From assembly GCF_009914755.1 (NCBI RefSeq), contig NC_060939.1: DNA of 64,000 nucleotides, one strand, 5' to 3'. A model generated the notes under the pieces. That model did no database searches, was not told where the DNA came from, and was given only the letters and a program-made list of their open reading frames with translations. The DNA is from the human T2T-CHM13v2.0 reference genome, Homo sapiens. Of this stretch, positions 32,624 to 46,301 are shown piece after piece. The number at the start of each line of letters is the position of its first letter. Position 1 is the stretch's first letter. The translations under genes and the position numbers were made by a program.

Positions 32624-32927
32624 GTCATAGTGCCCAAAGCAATTTACAGATTTAACACTATTGCTATCAAATCACTAATGTCATTTTTTGCAGAATTAGA
32701 AAAAAAAATCCAAAATTTACATGACATCAAAAAGAGCCTGAATAGCCAAAGAAATCCTGAGCAAAAAGAACAAAGCTGGAGGCATCTCATTACCCAACTT
32801 CAAACTATACTACAAGACCACAGTAACCAAAACAGTATGGTACTGACACAAAAGTGGACACATAGATCAATGGAACAAAACAGAGAGCCCAGAAGTAAAG
32901 CCACACATCTACAACCAACTAATCTTC

Positions 32928-32996
32928 CCACCCTTTAATACTATGTATAATTATTATTTGTGTCAGGATAAGTTGAACTAGTCATTGTTGAATAGA
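32928..32996 (-). other. Micro-NUMT: mitochondrial ATP6 fragment
   Basis: Reverse complement translates in the vertebrate mitochondrial code to SIQQWLVQLILTQMMIMHSIKGW versus recalled human ATP6 44-66 [23 protein letters not shown] (12/23 identical, ungapped); interrupts L1 at aatcttc|...|acaaagttgac. Confidence 0.85.
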
Positions 32997-34489
32997 AACA
33001 AAGTTGACAAAAATAGGCAATGGGGAAAGGACTCCCTTATTCAACAAATGGTGCTGGGAAAACTGGTTAGCCATATGCAGAAGAATGAAACTGGACCCCT
33101 CCCTATCGCCATATAAAAAATTAACTCAAGATGGATTAAAATCTTAAATGTAAGACCTCAAACTATAAAAATCCTAGAAGAAAACCTAGAAAATACCCTT
33201 CTGGACATCAGCCTAGGCAAAGAACTTACGACTAAGTCCTCAAAAGCAATTGCAACAAAAACTAAAATTGACAAGTGGGACAAAATTAAACTACAGAGCT
33301 TCTGCACAGCAAAATAACACAGTAAATATACCACCTAGAGAAATGGCAGAAAATATTCACAAACTATGCCTCTGACAAAGGACTAATATCCATAATCTAT
33401 AAGGAATGCAAACAAATCAATAAGCAAGGAACAACCTCATTAAACAGTGGGTAAAGGACATAAAGAGACACTTCTCAAAAAGAGACATATGAGTGGCCAA
33501 CAAACATATGAAAAACTGCTCAACATCACTAATCATCAGAGAAATGCATGCCGAAACCACAAAAAGACACCATCTCATACCAGTCAGAATGGCCATTATT
33601 AAAAATCCAAACAATAACAGACAGTGAGGCTACAGAGAAAAGGGAACACTTACACACTGCATGTGGGAAAGTAGATTAGTTCAGCCACTGCAGAAAGCAG
33701 TTTGGAGATGTCTCAAAGAACTAAAAAGAGAACTACCATTCAATCCAACAATCCCATTACTGGGTATCTACCCAAAAGAAAATAAATTGTACTACCCAAA
33801 AGATACAAGCATACGTATATTCATTGTAGCACTATTCACAGCAACAAAGACATGGAATCAACCTAGATGCCCATCAGTGATGGACTGAAAAAAGAAAATG
33901 TGTTTCATATACACCATGGAATACTCTGCAGCCAAAAAAAGGATGAAATAATGTCCTTTTCAAACAACATAAGTGGAGCTGGAGGCCATTATCCTAGTGC
34001 AATTAACACAGAAAACCAAATATTGTATGTGAGAGCTAAATATTGGGTATGCACAGACATAAAGACAGGAATAACAGATGCCAGAAACTCCAAAGGAAGA
34101 GAAGGAGAGAGGGGGGCAAGGGCTGAAAAACTACCTGTTGGGTACTATGTTCACTATGTACATGATGGGATCAACAGAAGCCCAAACCCCAGCATCACAC
34201 AATATACCCTTGTAACAAACCTGCACACATAGCTACTGAATCTAAAATTAAAATTTTAAAATAATTTATAAATGAATGTGGCATATTCATATACAAATAA
34301 AACACTGAATATGAAAGAACTCCAGGTACCTACAGTGATGCTTTGATTCAATGTATATGTTGAATCAAACAAGAAAGAAAAACACAAAATGTATACAGTA
34401 TGATTCCATTTATGTAAAGTTGAAAACATGCAATGCTAAAGTATGATGTGTATGGATACATACAAATACAGTACAACTACAAAGCAAAA

Positions 34490-35885
34490 CTATGTTGTTT
34501 TGGATGACGTATATGAGGAAAATCTATCCTCATAGAGAAATGTAGTTGTAAAAGTGAGGAGTATTTTAGTAGGTTTTTCAAATAATTGTAGGATATTCTT
34601 TGATATCACTCTGAAACTTGACAAGTGATAGTTGCTTAAAAGCTAGTGGCACTGTGGAATCTAACATGACATCAATGAACATTTTGTACTCTGTTACTCT
34701 AAAATCCATTGGTCTAGCTTACACTTCAAATGAATCTTTCATTCATGCATAATTTTGCTACATCATGCATTAGTCATCTGGAAAACATTAGCTTGCTGAG
34801 TTATGAAACTTTTTCAAATGTTGACATACTATATATTATGCAATATCAAAAATCACATTCACTAATATTACCGCCAATATTAATGCAGAATTTAAGTGCT
34901 GGTAAGCTATTTAGGTCATGTTTTAAAGAATATGAATGTTGACTGGAAAGCAACAAATGGTATTAATTGTTTTAACTGAGAGACTTACCCTCATCATTTT
35001 TGAAAAAAAAAATCTTTGCCATATAACAAAGTCTGAGTAAACATAGTTTGTCAGTCATTCTTTCAGGTAAAAGTGGTGTTTCATGGAAAAGGGGGCCAGT
35101 TCAGCTTGCAACTGAAACAACTGCACAGATGGTGATTTCGTTTTAAGACCACCATCATCATATGCAGCAGAAGTGCTCAGAATATTAAAACGACTTGTAG
35201 TCAAGGGTCAATATTTAATAAAATGAATCATTTTTACTGTTTCATCAGGGACATTACTAAGGGAAATTAGCATTTACTTTTACATTGTGCAAAACAGTGA
35301 GGAATACAATGACTAATGGCGCAGTTTGATGCCACAAGCTTGATTCAAGCTAAGGTGCCAGCAGTTTTACCACCATTACTTCTTGTACCATGGCCCAAAT
35401 GTTCACATAGTGAAAAAGGCAAATGACTTTTTTTTTTTAAGCAAACTCCCAAAAAAAGAAATCTCCAGATCCAGGCAGTGTCACTGAAGAATTCTACCAA
35501 ATATTTATTTATATTTCCATAGGTTATTGGGAGACAGGTGGTGTTTGGTTACACGAGTAAGTTCCTTAGTGGTGACGTGTGAGATTTTGGTGCACCCATC
35601 ACCCAGGCAGTATACACTGTACCCTATTTCTAGTCTTTTATCCTTCACCCCCTTCCCACTCTTTCCCCAAGTCCCCAAAGTCCACTGTGTCATTCTTATG
35701 CCTTTGCATCCTCATAGCTTAGCTCCCACTTATGCATGATAACATACAATGTTTGGTTGTCCATTCCTGAGTTACTTCACTTAGAATAATGGTCTCCAAT
35801 CTCATCCAGGTTGCTGCAAATGCCATTAATTCATTCCTTTTTATGACTGAGTAGTATTCCATCATATATATATATATAACCTGTG

Positions 35886-35916
<31 letters not shown>

Positions 35917-37088
35917 ATATATATCTCACAGTTTCTTTATCCATTCCTTGATTGATAGGCATTTGGATCAGTTCCACATTTTTGCAATTGAGAATTGTGC
36001 TGCTATAAACACACATGTGCAGTTATCTTTTTTTGTATAATGACTTTTCTCTGGGTAGATACCAAGCAGTGGGACTGCTGGATCAAGTGGTAGTTCTACT
36101 TTTAGTTCTTTAAGGAATCTCCACACTGTTTTCCATAGTGGTTGTATTAGTTTACATTCCCACCAGCAGTGTAGAAGTGTTCCCTGTTCACTGCATCCAT
36201 GCCAACATCTACTATTTTTTGATTTTTTTGATTATGGCCATTCTTGCAGGAGTAAGGTGGTATTGCATTATGGTTTTGATTTGCATTTTTCTGCTCATTA
36301 GTGATGTTGAGCATTTTTTCATATGATTGTTGGCCATTTGTATATCTTCTTTTGAGAATTGTCTATACATGTCCTTAGCCTACTTTTTAATGGGATTTTT
36401 TTTTCTTGTTGATTTGAGTTCATTGTAGATTTTGGATATTAGTCCTTTGTCAGACATATAGATTGTGAAGATTTTCTCCCACTCTGTGGGTTGTCTGTTT
36501 ACTCTGCTGGCTGTTCCTTTTGCCATGCAAAAGCTCTTTGGTTTAATTAAGTCCCAGCAATTTATCTTTGTTTTTATTGCATTTGCTTTTGGGCTCTTGG
36601 TCATGAAATCCTTGCCTAAGCCAAGGTCTAGAAGGGTTTTTCCAATGTTATCTTTTAGAATTTTTATAGTTTCATGTCTTAGATTTAAGTCTTTAATCCA
36701 TCTTAAGTTGATTTTTGTATAAGGTGACAGACAAGAATCCATTTTCATTCTCCTACATGTGGCCAGCCAATTATCCCAGCACCATTGTTGAAAAGGGTGT
36801 ACTTTCCCCACTTCGTTTTTGTTTGCTTTGTTGAAGATCAGTTGGCTGTAAGTATTTCGGTTTATTTCTGGGTTCTCTATTCTGTTCCATTGGTCTATGT
36901 GCCTGTTTTTATAACAGTACCATGCTGTTTTGGTGACTATGGGCTTATAGTATAGTTTGAATCATGTAATGTGATGCTTCCAGATTTGCACTTTTAATAT
37001 TATTATGAAAATCATTTTGACATTGTGAACCTCCTGAAAGCTTCTCAGGGACCCCAGGGGTCCACAGACCACAGTTTGAGAACTGCTG
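34490..37088. mobile_element. Charlie1-family hAT DNA transposon remnant split by L1PB
   Basis: ...gtgaaaaaggcaaatga (35426) resumes at ttaatattattatgaaaat...cagaccacagtttgagaactgctg (37088). Confidence 0.75.
35505..36988 (-). mobile_element. 5'-truncated L1PB1-like element
   Basis: ORF2 peptide ([16 protein letters not shown]...) and 3' UTR ttccataggttattgggagacaggtggtgtttggttac; internal (TA)n at ~35864-35924. Confidence 0.92.
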
Positions 37089-37171
37089 GAGTAGGGGTAT
37101 GAAGGAGGTTCTCCTGGAATAACTGGTTGGTCTCCTTATTAGTCTAGTTGGCTGGCACAGAAGGAAGACGA

Positions 37172-37410
37172 AGAGAGTGAGAGAGACAGAGAGAGAGAGA
37201 GAGATGGTGTGTGTGTGTGATTATGTGTGTGTTCCTCTGTGTTCGTGTGTGTGTGTGTGTGTGTGAAAGAGAGAAGAGAGATAATTCTATTTAAGGAGGA
37301 GAGAGATGAAGGGAAGGTGGGAAGAGGGGAAGTGAAGGTGGGAGAGAGAATAAGGGAAGATAGGAGAGAGGGAAGGAGGAGGAATGGAAGGAGGGGGAAA
37401 GTGAGGAAGT
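37172..37410. repeat. (GA)n/(TG)n and GA-rich low-complexity tract
   Basis: Direct reading. Confidence 0.85.
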
Positions 37411-37623
37411 ATTAATAATATGTGGCGTACATGGTTTTTTAGCCTGATGGTGCCAGAAGCATTTGAAAACACAAGAGAACTTCTTCATATATCTGAGGGC
37501 GAGCTAGAATGCTACAGGGTGAGAACTCTCAATGGGGCCTTTCCTGTCCATTAGTATCAGATAGGAAGCATCATGTAAGGAAAACCTAAACTGTGCAGTC
37601 CTTAAACAAAAGTGCTAGTCTTT

Positions 37624-37928
<305 letters not shown>

Positions 37929-38808
37929 TCAACGTCAAAGAAATTTTCAAGTAAGAATGGTGTTTTCACTGAAATGCTTCTCAATCTACCTTCGAGCTTT
38001 GGCCTTGCCTGTTTGCTTGTTTTCCACCCAGTGGCGGCCTAGGTCTGTTAACAGACTGGCAGCCAGGCAGGCAGCAAGGCAAACAGGGGTGTGCAGTGGC
38101 TGGTGTTGTCTACCTGGTGTCCGCTAGAAAGGGGTTATGGGCTTAAGCCTTCTGCAAAGGCGCATCATGAGTCACAGAGCAAGGGAGCAGAGCTGAGGAC
38201 TCCAGCCTCACCTCCAGTGGGGACTCCGCTGAAGATGAGCCCAGCTGCTGCCCCTTGCCCAGTCTTGCCCCACTGGCCATGGAGTTAGCTGTGCCCAGTA
38301 ACACTTCAGCGCCTGTGGACACCTGCTTTCAACTTCCACACCTCTGACTAAGGGCCTGTGGGTCCTCTGTTGCTTTTTCTTTCTAAACACAGAATAACTC
38401 TTTTACAGTGTATCTTTCTTTTTATTTTGTAGTTTGAGTTTTACATTATTACCATTCATCATTATTTTAACTTCTCTTTACTTATTAAATTGGAACAGGG
38501 ATTTCTCCTGCAAACAATAATTGTGAGAATAATGTAGACATTAAAGAAAACCTTTTTGTTTCTCCTCTCAAGGTACTTTTCAGGGCCCTGGAAATGTCTA
38601 TAAGACAGTCTTGCCACTGTGGTCCCAGAGAAGGCCATAAAGTCAGTGCTGACGCACAAAGTCACTGTCCTCGTGATGTAATCAACTATGGCCTCAATGC
38701 TCCATCCCCCAAAGCTAACATGGCCAGGGTGACAGAGACAGGGCTGCCCTCTCATCCATTCACTGGGTCCTTTCTGAGGACAGGAATGCATAAAAACCCA
38801 GTGTACCC

Positions 38809-38809
<1 letters not shown>

Positions 38810-38847
<38 letters not shown>
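38810..38847. repeat. (AC)19 microsatellite
   Basis: Perfect repeat, direct reading. Confidence 0.97.
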
Positions 38848-38850
<3 letters not shown>

Positions 38851-39379
38851 TTTTAGTAACTCTGAACCAGCTCAAGTTAAATAAGAATATGGGGATAGCC
38901 TATGCAAGATAAATAAATTAGATGAAATCAGCTTACAATTTACCATTATTTGGAATTTTGACAAAACTTCTGGCCTCACACCAGCTACTGCGGACCTAAC
39001 AACTACTCAGCATCCCTCTTGCTTCTAAGGAACAGTACGCACAAGAAAGCAGTAAAGATTGTATACTGGGTATGTGGGGGCCACCGAAGTTGCTCCATGA
39101 CATAGAAATGATGGCAGGAAACCATCCTCTTCCTCAAAGCAGGAGATCTCTCCTGTCTCCTCGGAGCCACTGGAATGCCACTGGACTGAGCAGGGTTAGA
39201 TGGCACAGGCACACATCACATGGAGGCTCTTTAACCTCTGTCCCTGTCCAGATGAACCCAACTTCACTGTGCTGTCATATCCACTCCCATACCCCAGCTC
39301 CTGCTTTTCTCTAAGGCAGAGGCAGATCTCATTAATCCTGCACCTCCTGGTGCTGAATCTCCAGGGATCTTAAGTTGGA

Positions 39380-39590
39380 GCCCAGACAGCCAGGGATCTA
39401 ATTCTAACCCCAAAGTTTGGGGAAGTTACTTCATCTCTTCTTTTATACAATGTGGATGGAAATGGCGCCTTCCTCATAGGGTTACTGCAGGGATGAAATG
39501 AAATAATATATATATTATATATATATATACGTTTATATATATAAAGGGTTCTTGGCACAGAGAAAGGACTTGCTAGAGGTTAGATCTCAC
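39380..39590 (+). mobile_element. MIR with internal (TA)n
   Basis: ttggagcccagacag...ggggaagttactt...ggatgaaatgaaataat. Confidence 0.7.
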
Positions 39591-41349
39591 TATACCACTC
39601 CTAGTACCACTGCTACTGCTACCACTTAAACACAATGGTCAAGAGGACAACTGCAATATTATTTCCAATAACCCCAGAAATACATAAATACATAAATCAA
39701 TGTAACAAGGAGATTTGGGAGCCAGCCCCTGGACATTACCAGCCAGCCGCAACGTATTCCCATGTATTGTATTCCCATGAATTGTACCATGGGCAACCCT
39801 GGCCCTAAGGAGACAAAATCTCTCTTCCAAGACACAAACCCACAGTCACTAATGAAATGTCAATTACATTTCAAAGTGTAATTGTGGGTCACTTTCATGT
39901 GGACAAAGCAGTTTATATGGTAAATTAGAATTTAATAAGGAAGCCCTTTAAAATAATTCTATAGAATTCTTTGAGCATTGTCAGTGCCTTGAGTAAACAA
40001 ATATTCCACAAAAATTAATAGGAGGATGTGAAGAGGCTTTCACAAATGAGGTTGACCCACTGATGATCGTTAGAACAGATGTGGCAAGAACTGTGTCACC
40101 CCAAAACAACGGCCAGATTCTCACTTGAACAAGCATAACAATATTCAATGCTAGGTAGTTTGACATATTTTAAGGGAACTCACAAAAATAAATGTCTTCG
40201 ATTTTTATTTCATATGAATCCTAAAACGTAGGTTTTCATTTACTTTTAATGTTGACAAATTATCAAAATGGACTGAGGGACCTTAAAAGTCATGTAGTCA
40301 AAGTTCAAAAACTGCCTCAAGATAGCTACCTCCTCTTAAACACATATAAAACTGTAGAAATGGATAGTATCATTTAGATAAAGGGAAATACCAACATGTC
40401 TGTCACACACACACACACACAAAATCAAACACACAAACAAGCAAAACAGGAAACAATAGTGCCTTCCTGCTAAGCATGTGGTCATCGCCCTCTGGGCACA
40501 CAGCCAAGAACGGCCCTGCTGTGTAAGTCAGGAGCTTCAGCTGGTCTCATTCTACTGAGTCTTTCTCCAATCTGGGCCTTTGACTCTAAAATTAGCAGGT
40601 ACGATCACACAAACTCTGCAGAAACCTCCCTTCCCCGACGCTCTTCTAACTGCATTTTACAAGCATCCCACATCAGTGCCAGAACTGTATTCTCCTCTCT
40701 AGCTATGGGAATACTGCTCGAACCAGAGAGCAGACATGGTCATTTATAAAGACTATGACTTGCATTGGAACATCACAAAACTAATATGTTCTAAAAATAT
40801 ATAGCAATCAACAATTCACCCATAGTGGGGAGGATTATTTTGCTTCAGCTCAAGACTTTGCCAAGCTCCAGACCTGGAGCTAATGGCTTCTTTGACATCT
40901 CCAACTGGATGAAGCACAACTTCCTCAAACTCAACACGACTCCATCAGAAATCATCAAATCTCCACTCAACGCTGCACCCCACCCAGTATTTACCATACA
41001 AAAAAAACTGGGGAGCTTTTTTAATGTCCTGATTTAGCCTGGGCTTCAACCACAGTGATTTTGATGTAATTTTGATTTTGATGTCTGGGATGCTATCTAG
41101 GCATTGAAGTGTTTTTCTGACCTGCCCCCTCCAGGGTTTAGAATCACTGCTCTAGATATTTTAAATCCCTAATAATTTAATGGGTCTACACCTCCTCTCG
41201 TGGGTTGTCAATCTTAAAATGCTCTAAGATTGCTATAACCCTCCACCCAGGGACACTGCAGTCCATATCAATGTGCCATTGGGAGCTATGCAAGGCAGCA
41301 GCTCTGTATTTCCAGGCCTCGAGGTCTCCAGCACTCCACGCTCTCTTGT

Positions 41350-41510
41350 AGCAGCCATCAGCTCTGTCTCTGTATTAGAATCACTTGTGCATCTTTTAAA
41401 AGACACTAATGCTCAGAGATCCTGAACCAATGGGCTTGAATCCCACTGATAAATTTTTTAAAGGTCCCCAGGTGACCATAATATGTGGCCAGAGTCAATT
41501 ACCACTTATT
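41350..41510. mobile_element. MER5A-like
   Basis: attagaatcacttg...aggtccccaggtga...aatatgtggccag. Confidence 0.6.
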
Positions 41511-41573
41511 TGGCACCTACCCCAAAGAGAACTACTAATTTCTGCAAGGTATCCAATGGCCATGTGTGCATGA

Positions 41574-41988
<415 letters not shown>

Positions 41989-42734
41989 AGAGTCATGCTT
42001 TTACACATAATATTCACGCTTTGTCCATGCTTCCCTCTACTCTGCATCACTTACTCTGGACTTGTACCAAACCTGAACATCACTGGAAAAAAATCTTAGA
42101 ACTCTGATGACTAGGCTGTCTTCAAATTTATATCATATAGGCACTGAAAACTGCTAAATTGTTTTATTTTCATGGAAATTTCACTTTGTTATTCCCCAAG
42201 ATGACAATTTCATACTTTTCTGTTTTTCTCAAATTTCCAACAAACTCTTTCCCTTCAGTCTCCCTTATAACTTTGCTACCTACTCCACACAGTGGTCTAA
42301 TGGAGAACTCTTGATCTTCCCTATCATTATTCTTCAGCTTCTGTACCCTCATCCTTCATCCTTCTCTCACCTTACCTCCCTTTGGATGCTACCCTCCTCA
42401 CCTGCTAAAAGTTACTAAGGGACATCATCCTTCCAATTAGCCCTGATTTCCACTGTTTCATCACTTCCTTCTTCTCTATATGAGATGTTTTTAAGTTGCT
42501 CATCTTAAAAATCAACTTCATATCTCCCTCCAGCTACCAATCCTTTTTATGCTGTCCTTTATAGCAACAATCTTTGAAGATTTATCTATACTCTCTGTCA
42601 CCAAATGCTCACTTCTTCTCCCTTCATTTTATAAAGATACTTTCACTGGAATTAGAATTTTAGTTTTGCAGGGTTTTGTATTGAACACATTGAAGTTATC
42701 TTCCGTTGTCTTCCAGTTCCCAGTGTTGCTGTTA

Positions 42735-44330
42735 AAAGATATCCCATATTCATGGGCCAGAAAATGCAATGTTGCTAAGATGGCAATACTCCTTAGATTA
42801 ATGTACAGATTCAACCCAATCCCTTTCAAAATTCCAGCTGGCTTTTTTTTCAGAAATTGACAAGCTGACCCTAAAATTCATATGGAAATTCAAGGGATTG
42901 AGAATAGCCAGGATAATCTCGAAAAACAAAGGAGGACTCACATTTTCTGACTTTAAAATTTATGATAAATCCACAATAATTAAGATAGTATGGTATTGGC
43001 ATAAACCCTTGCATTTATGTCTGGTTGATTCTTTACAAGAGCAGCAAGATAATTTTGTGGGGAAAGAACAGGTTTTTTTGGGTTTTTTTGTTTTTTTGTT
43101 TTTTTAACAAATAATGGTCGGGCAACTTAGTATCCACAAGTGAATGAATAAAGTTCTATCCTTACTTCACACTGTACACAAAAATTAAGACAAGATTGAT
43201 CATGAGCCTCCTAAACCTAAGAGACAATAGCATAACAACACTTAGAAGAAAACATAGCAGTAAATCTTTGTAATCTTGAGTTAGGCAATAATTTTGTAGG
43301 TACAATAACAAAAGTACAATCAACAAAAGAACAGATAAATTGAACTTCATCAAAATTACAAAAATTTATAGTTTTTTCTCAAAGAACACTATCAAGAATA
43401 TGGAAAGGCAACCTACAGAATGGGAGAAAATATTTGCACAATGTACATCTGATAAGGGACTTGTATACAGGATATATACAACTCAATAATAAAAACACAA
43501 ATAACCAATAAAAATGGACAAAGGATTTGAATAGATATTTCTCAAAAGAATACATAAAACCAGTCAATAATCACATGAAAAGATACTCAACATCACTAGT
43601 CATTAAGGAAAAGCAAATCAAAATCACAACGAAATATAACTTCACACCCACTAGGATGGGTATAATAAGAAAGACAAACAATAATAAGTGTTGACAAAGA
43701 TGTGGAGAAACTGGAAATCTTATACTCTGCTGGTAGGAACATAAAATGATACAGCTACTTCAAAAAATAGTTCAGCAGTTACTCAAAAGTTAAGCATAGA
43801 ATTCCCATATGACCCAGACATTCTACTCCTAGGTATATACCAAAGAGAAATGAAAACATATCTGTATATGAATTGTCATAACAGCATTACTCATATTAGC
43901 CAAAAGTAGAAAAACCCAAATATCCATCAACTGATTAACAGATACATGCAATGTGATATATCCATACAATTGAATATCAATCAGCAATGAAAAGGAAGGA
44001 AGTACTGGTACTTACTACAACATGGATGAACCTTGAAAACATTAAGTGAAAGAAGCCAAACACAAAAGATAATATATTATATGATGCCATTTGTATAAAA
44101 TGCCCTGATAAATCTGTAAAGACAGAAGATAGATTAATGGTTGCCTACAGAGGGGGGCATGTGTGTAAGTCACTGGTAATGGGTAAGAATTTCTTTTTGG
44201 GGTAATGAAGTGTTCCAAAATTAAATTGTGCGAATAGTTTCATATATCTGTGAATATACTAAAAATCAATAAACTGTACTTTTAGTGGGTGAATTATGGT
44301 ATGTGAATTATATCTCAACCAAATTGGTTT
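42735..44330 (+). mobile_element. L1MB-like 3' portion
   Basis: gttaaaagatatcccatattcatgg...ggtgaattatggtatgtgaattatatctcaa. Confidence 0.85.
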
Positions 44331-45162
44331 TTCAAAACTAACAGTAAAATCAATGATGTGGTAGCAATTCTGCAGTGGCAGGAGTGGTGGCCACAGCTTC
44401 CAGGCATGTTCCTAAAACTCTGAGGGAGGGGAATTCTCCTCTCTGCCCACAGGAGCTGTGGTCTCAAGGGCTTGGAGCAAATCCTCATTGCTTTTTTTCT
44501 CTGTCCTCCCACCATTTAACCTCCACACAGATAAAGTCATAAAGTACAAGACAAAGCAGGGACACTAAAGCCCTGGCTATCTGATCAAAGGACACTGAAA
44601 GGAGCATAAAGAACCAGAAAGACTGTGAAGAGGAGGAGCTCAAGAAAGTAACCCTGTAAAGGGAGGTGTGATCTTCTGGCTCACCTCTGAGCTGTGCATG
44701 CACGAATCTAACCCTAAACAGTACACCAAAGGCTTTGATTATAGAACTATAGGACTAGCTATCATCCAGGTCCCAGGCTTGCCACTGAGTGGTGCGTAAG
44801 CTATAGAAGGATCCAAATAGCATTGCGAAAGCTCTGAAAACAGACTCAACTTTGGAACCACATCCCTGAAAGGGTCAGAACTTGAAGCCTGAACCTAGCT
44901 ATGTAGATTGCCTGATAAAACAAACAAAATCAATATTCTCCTTATGATAAGACATAGAGTCTGATAACGTAATATTCCAAATGTCCAGGATTCAATCCAA
45001 ATTACTTGGTACACAAATGACCAGGAAAATCTTTACTACAAGAAAAGAGAAAAACAACATATGCTACTCCGAGACGACAAAAATATTGGCAAAAGCAGAC
45101 AAAAGCAGCTATAATAACCATGCTCCAAGACGTAAGAATAAACAAATGTAAAGACAGAAGTC

Positions 45163-45472
45163 AGCCAGGTGCGGTGGCTCACGCCTGTAATCCCAACACT
45201 TTGTGAGGCTGAGGCAGGCGGATCACCTGAGGTCAGGAGTTCAAGACCAGGTTGGCCAACATGGTGAAACCCCATCTCTACTAAAAGTACAAGAATCAAC
45301 TGGGCCTGGTAGCATGTACCTATAATCCCAGCTACTGGGGAGGCTGAGGCAGGAGAATCACTTGAACCCAGGAGATGGAGGTTTCAGTGAGCAGAGATCG
45401 TGCCACTGCACTCCAGCCTGGGCAACAGAGCGAGACTCCATCTCAACAACAACAACAACAACAACAACAACA
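45163..45472 (+). mobile_element. AluSx/Sz with (CAA)n tail
   Basis: Full dimer; TSD aaagacagaagtc. Confidence 0.95.
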
Positions 45473-46301
45473 AAAGACAGAAGTCTCAGTAAAGAAAAAA
45501 GATATAAAGAAGAATCAAGTGGAAATTTTAGAGATGAAAAATACAATAGCTGACATGTAAAAAATGTTCTTTAGATGGGTTAAATGGCAGAATGGAGATA
45601 GCAGAGGAAAGTCACTGGACTTGAAGAGAAATCAATAGAAATTATCTAATTGGAACATCGGAGAGAAAAAAATGAAAAAAATTAAGAGACTCAGGAAACT
45701 GAGGGAAAGAATTCAAAAGGTTGAACATTTGTGTCACCAAAGTCCCAAGAAAGGAGTAAGAGTCTGGTGTGGAAAAGAAAATTTGACAAACGGTGGCTGA
45801 AATCTTCCCAAATTTAGTGAAAGACAAATTTATAGATTTAAGACACTCAGGGAACCCCAAGCAAAAGAAAATAAAAGAAATCCAGGCCCAGACAAATCAT
45901 AATCATGTGGCTGAAAAACCAAAGACAAGATTTTTGACAAAAAGCCTGAATACAGCAAGGAAAAATCACCGCATTATAAATAGGAGAACAACCCTCTGAA
46001 TGACTGCAGAGTTCTCATCAGAAACCACAGAGGCACAACATTTTTAAAGGAATGAAAGACAAGAACTGTTAACCCAGAATTCTATACTAAGTACAAATAA
46101 TCTTCAAGAATGGGGAGGAAACAAAGATATTCTCAGATGAAAGAAAATGAAGAGAATTAGTCAATGGAGCTGCTCTGAAAGATATGTTAATGGAAGTTTC
46201 TCAGACAAGAGTGACACGGGAGGGAAACTTGAAACTTCAGAAATAAAAAGCAACAGAAATGGTACATATATGGATAATATAATAGATTCTTCTCATAATT
46301 T

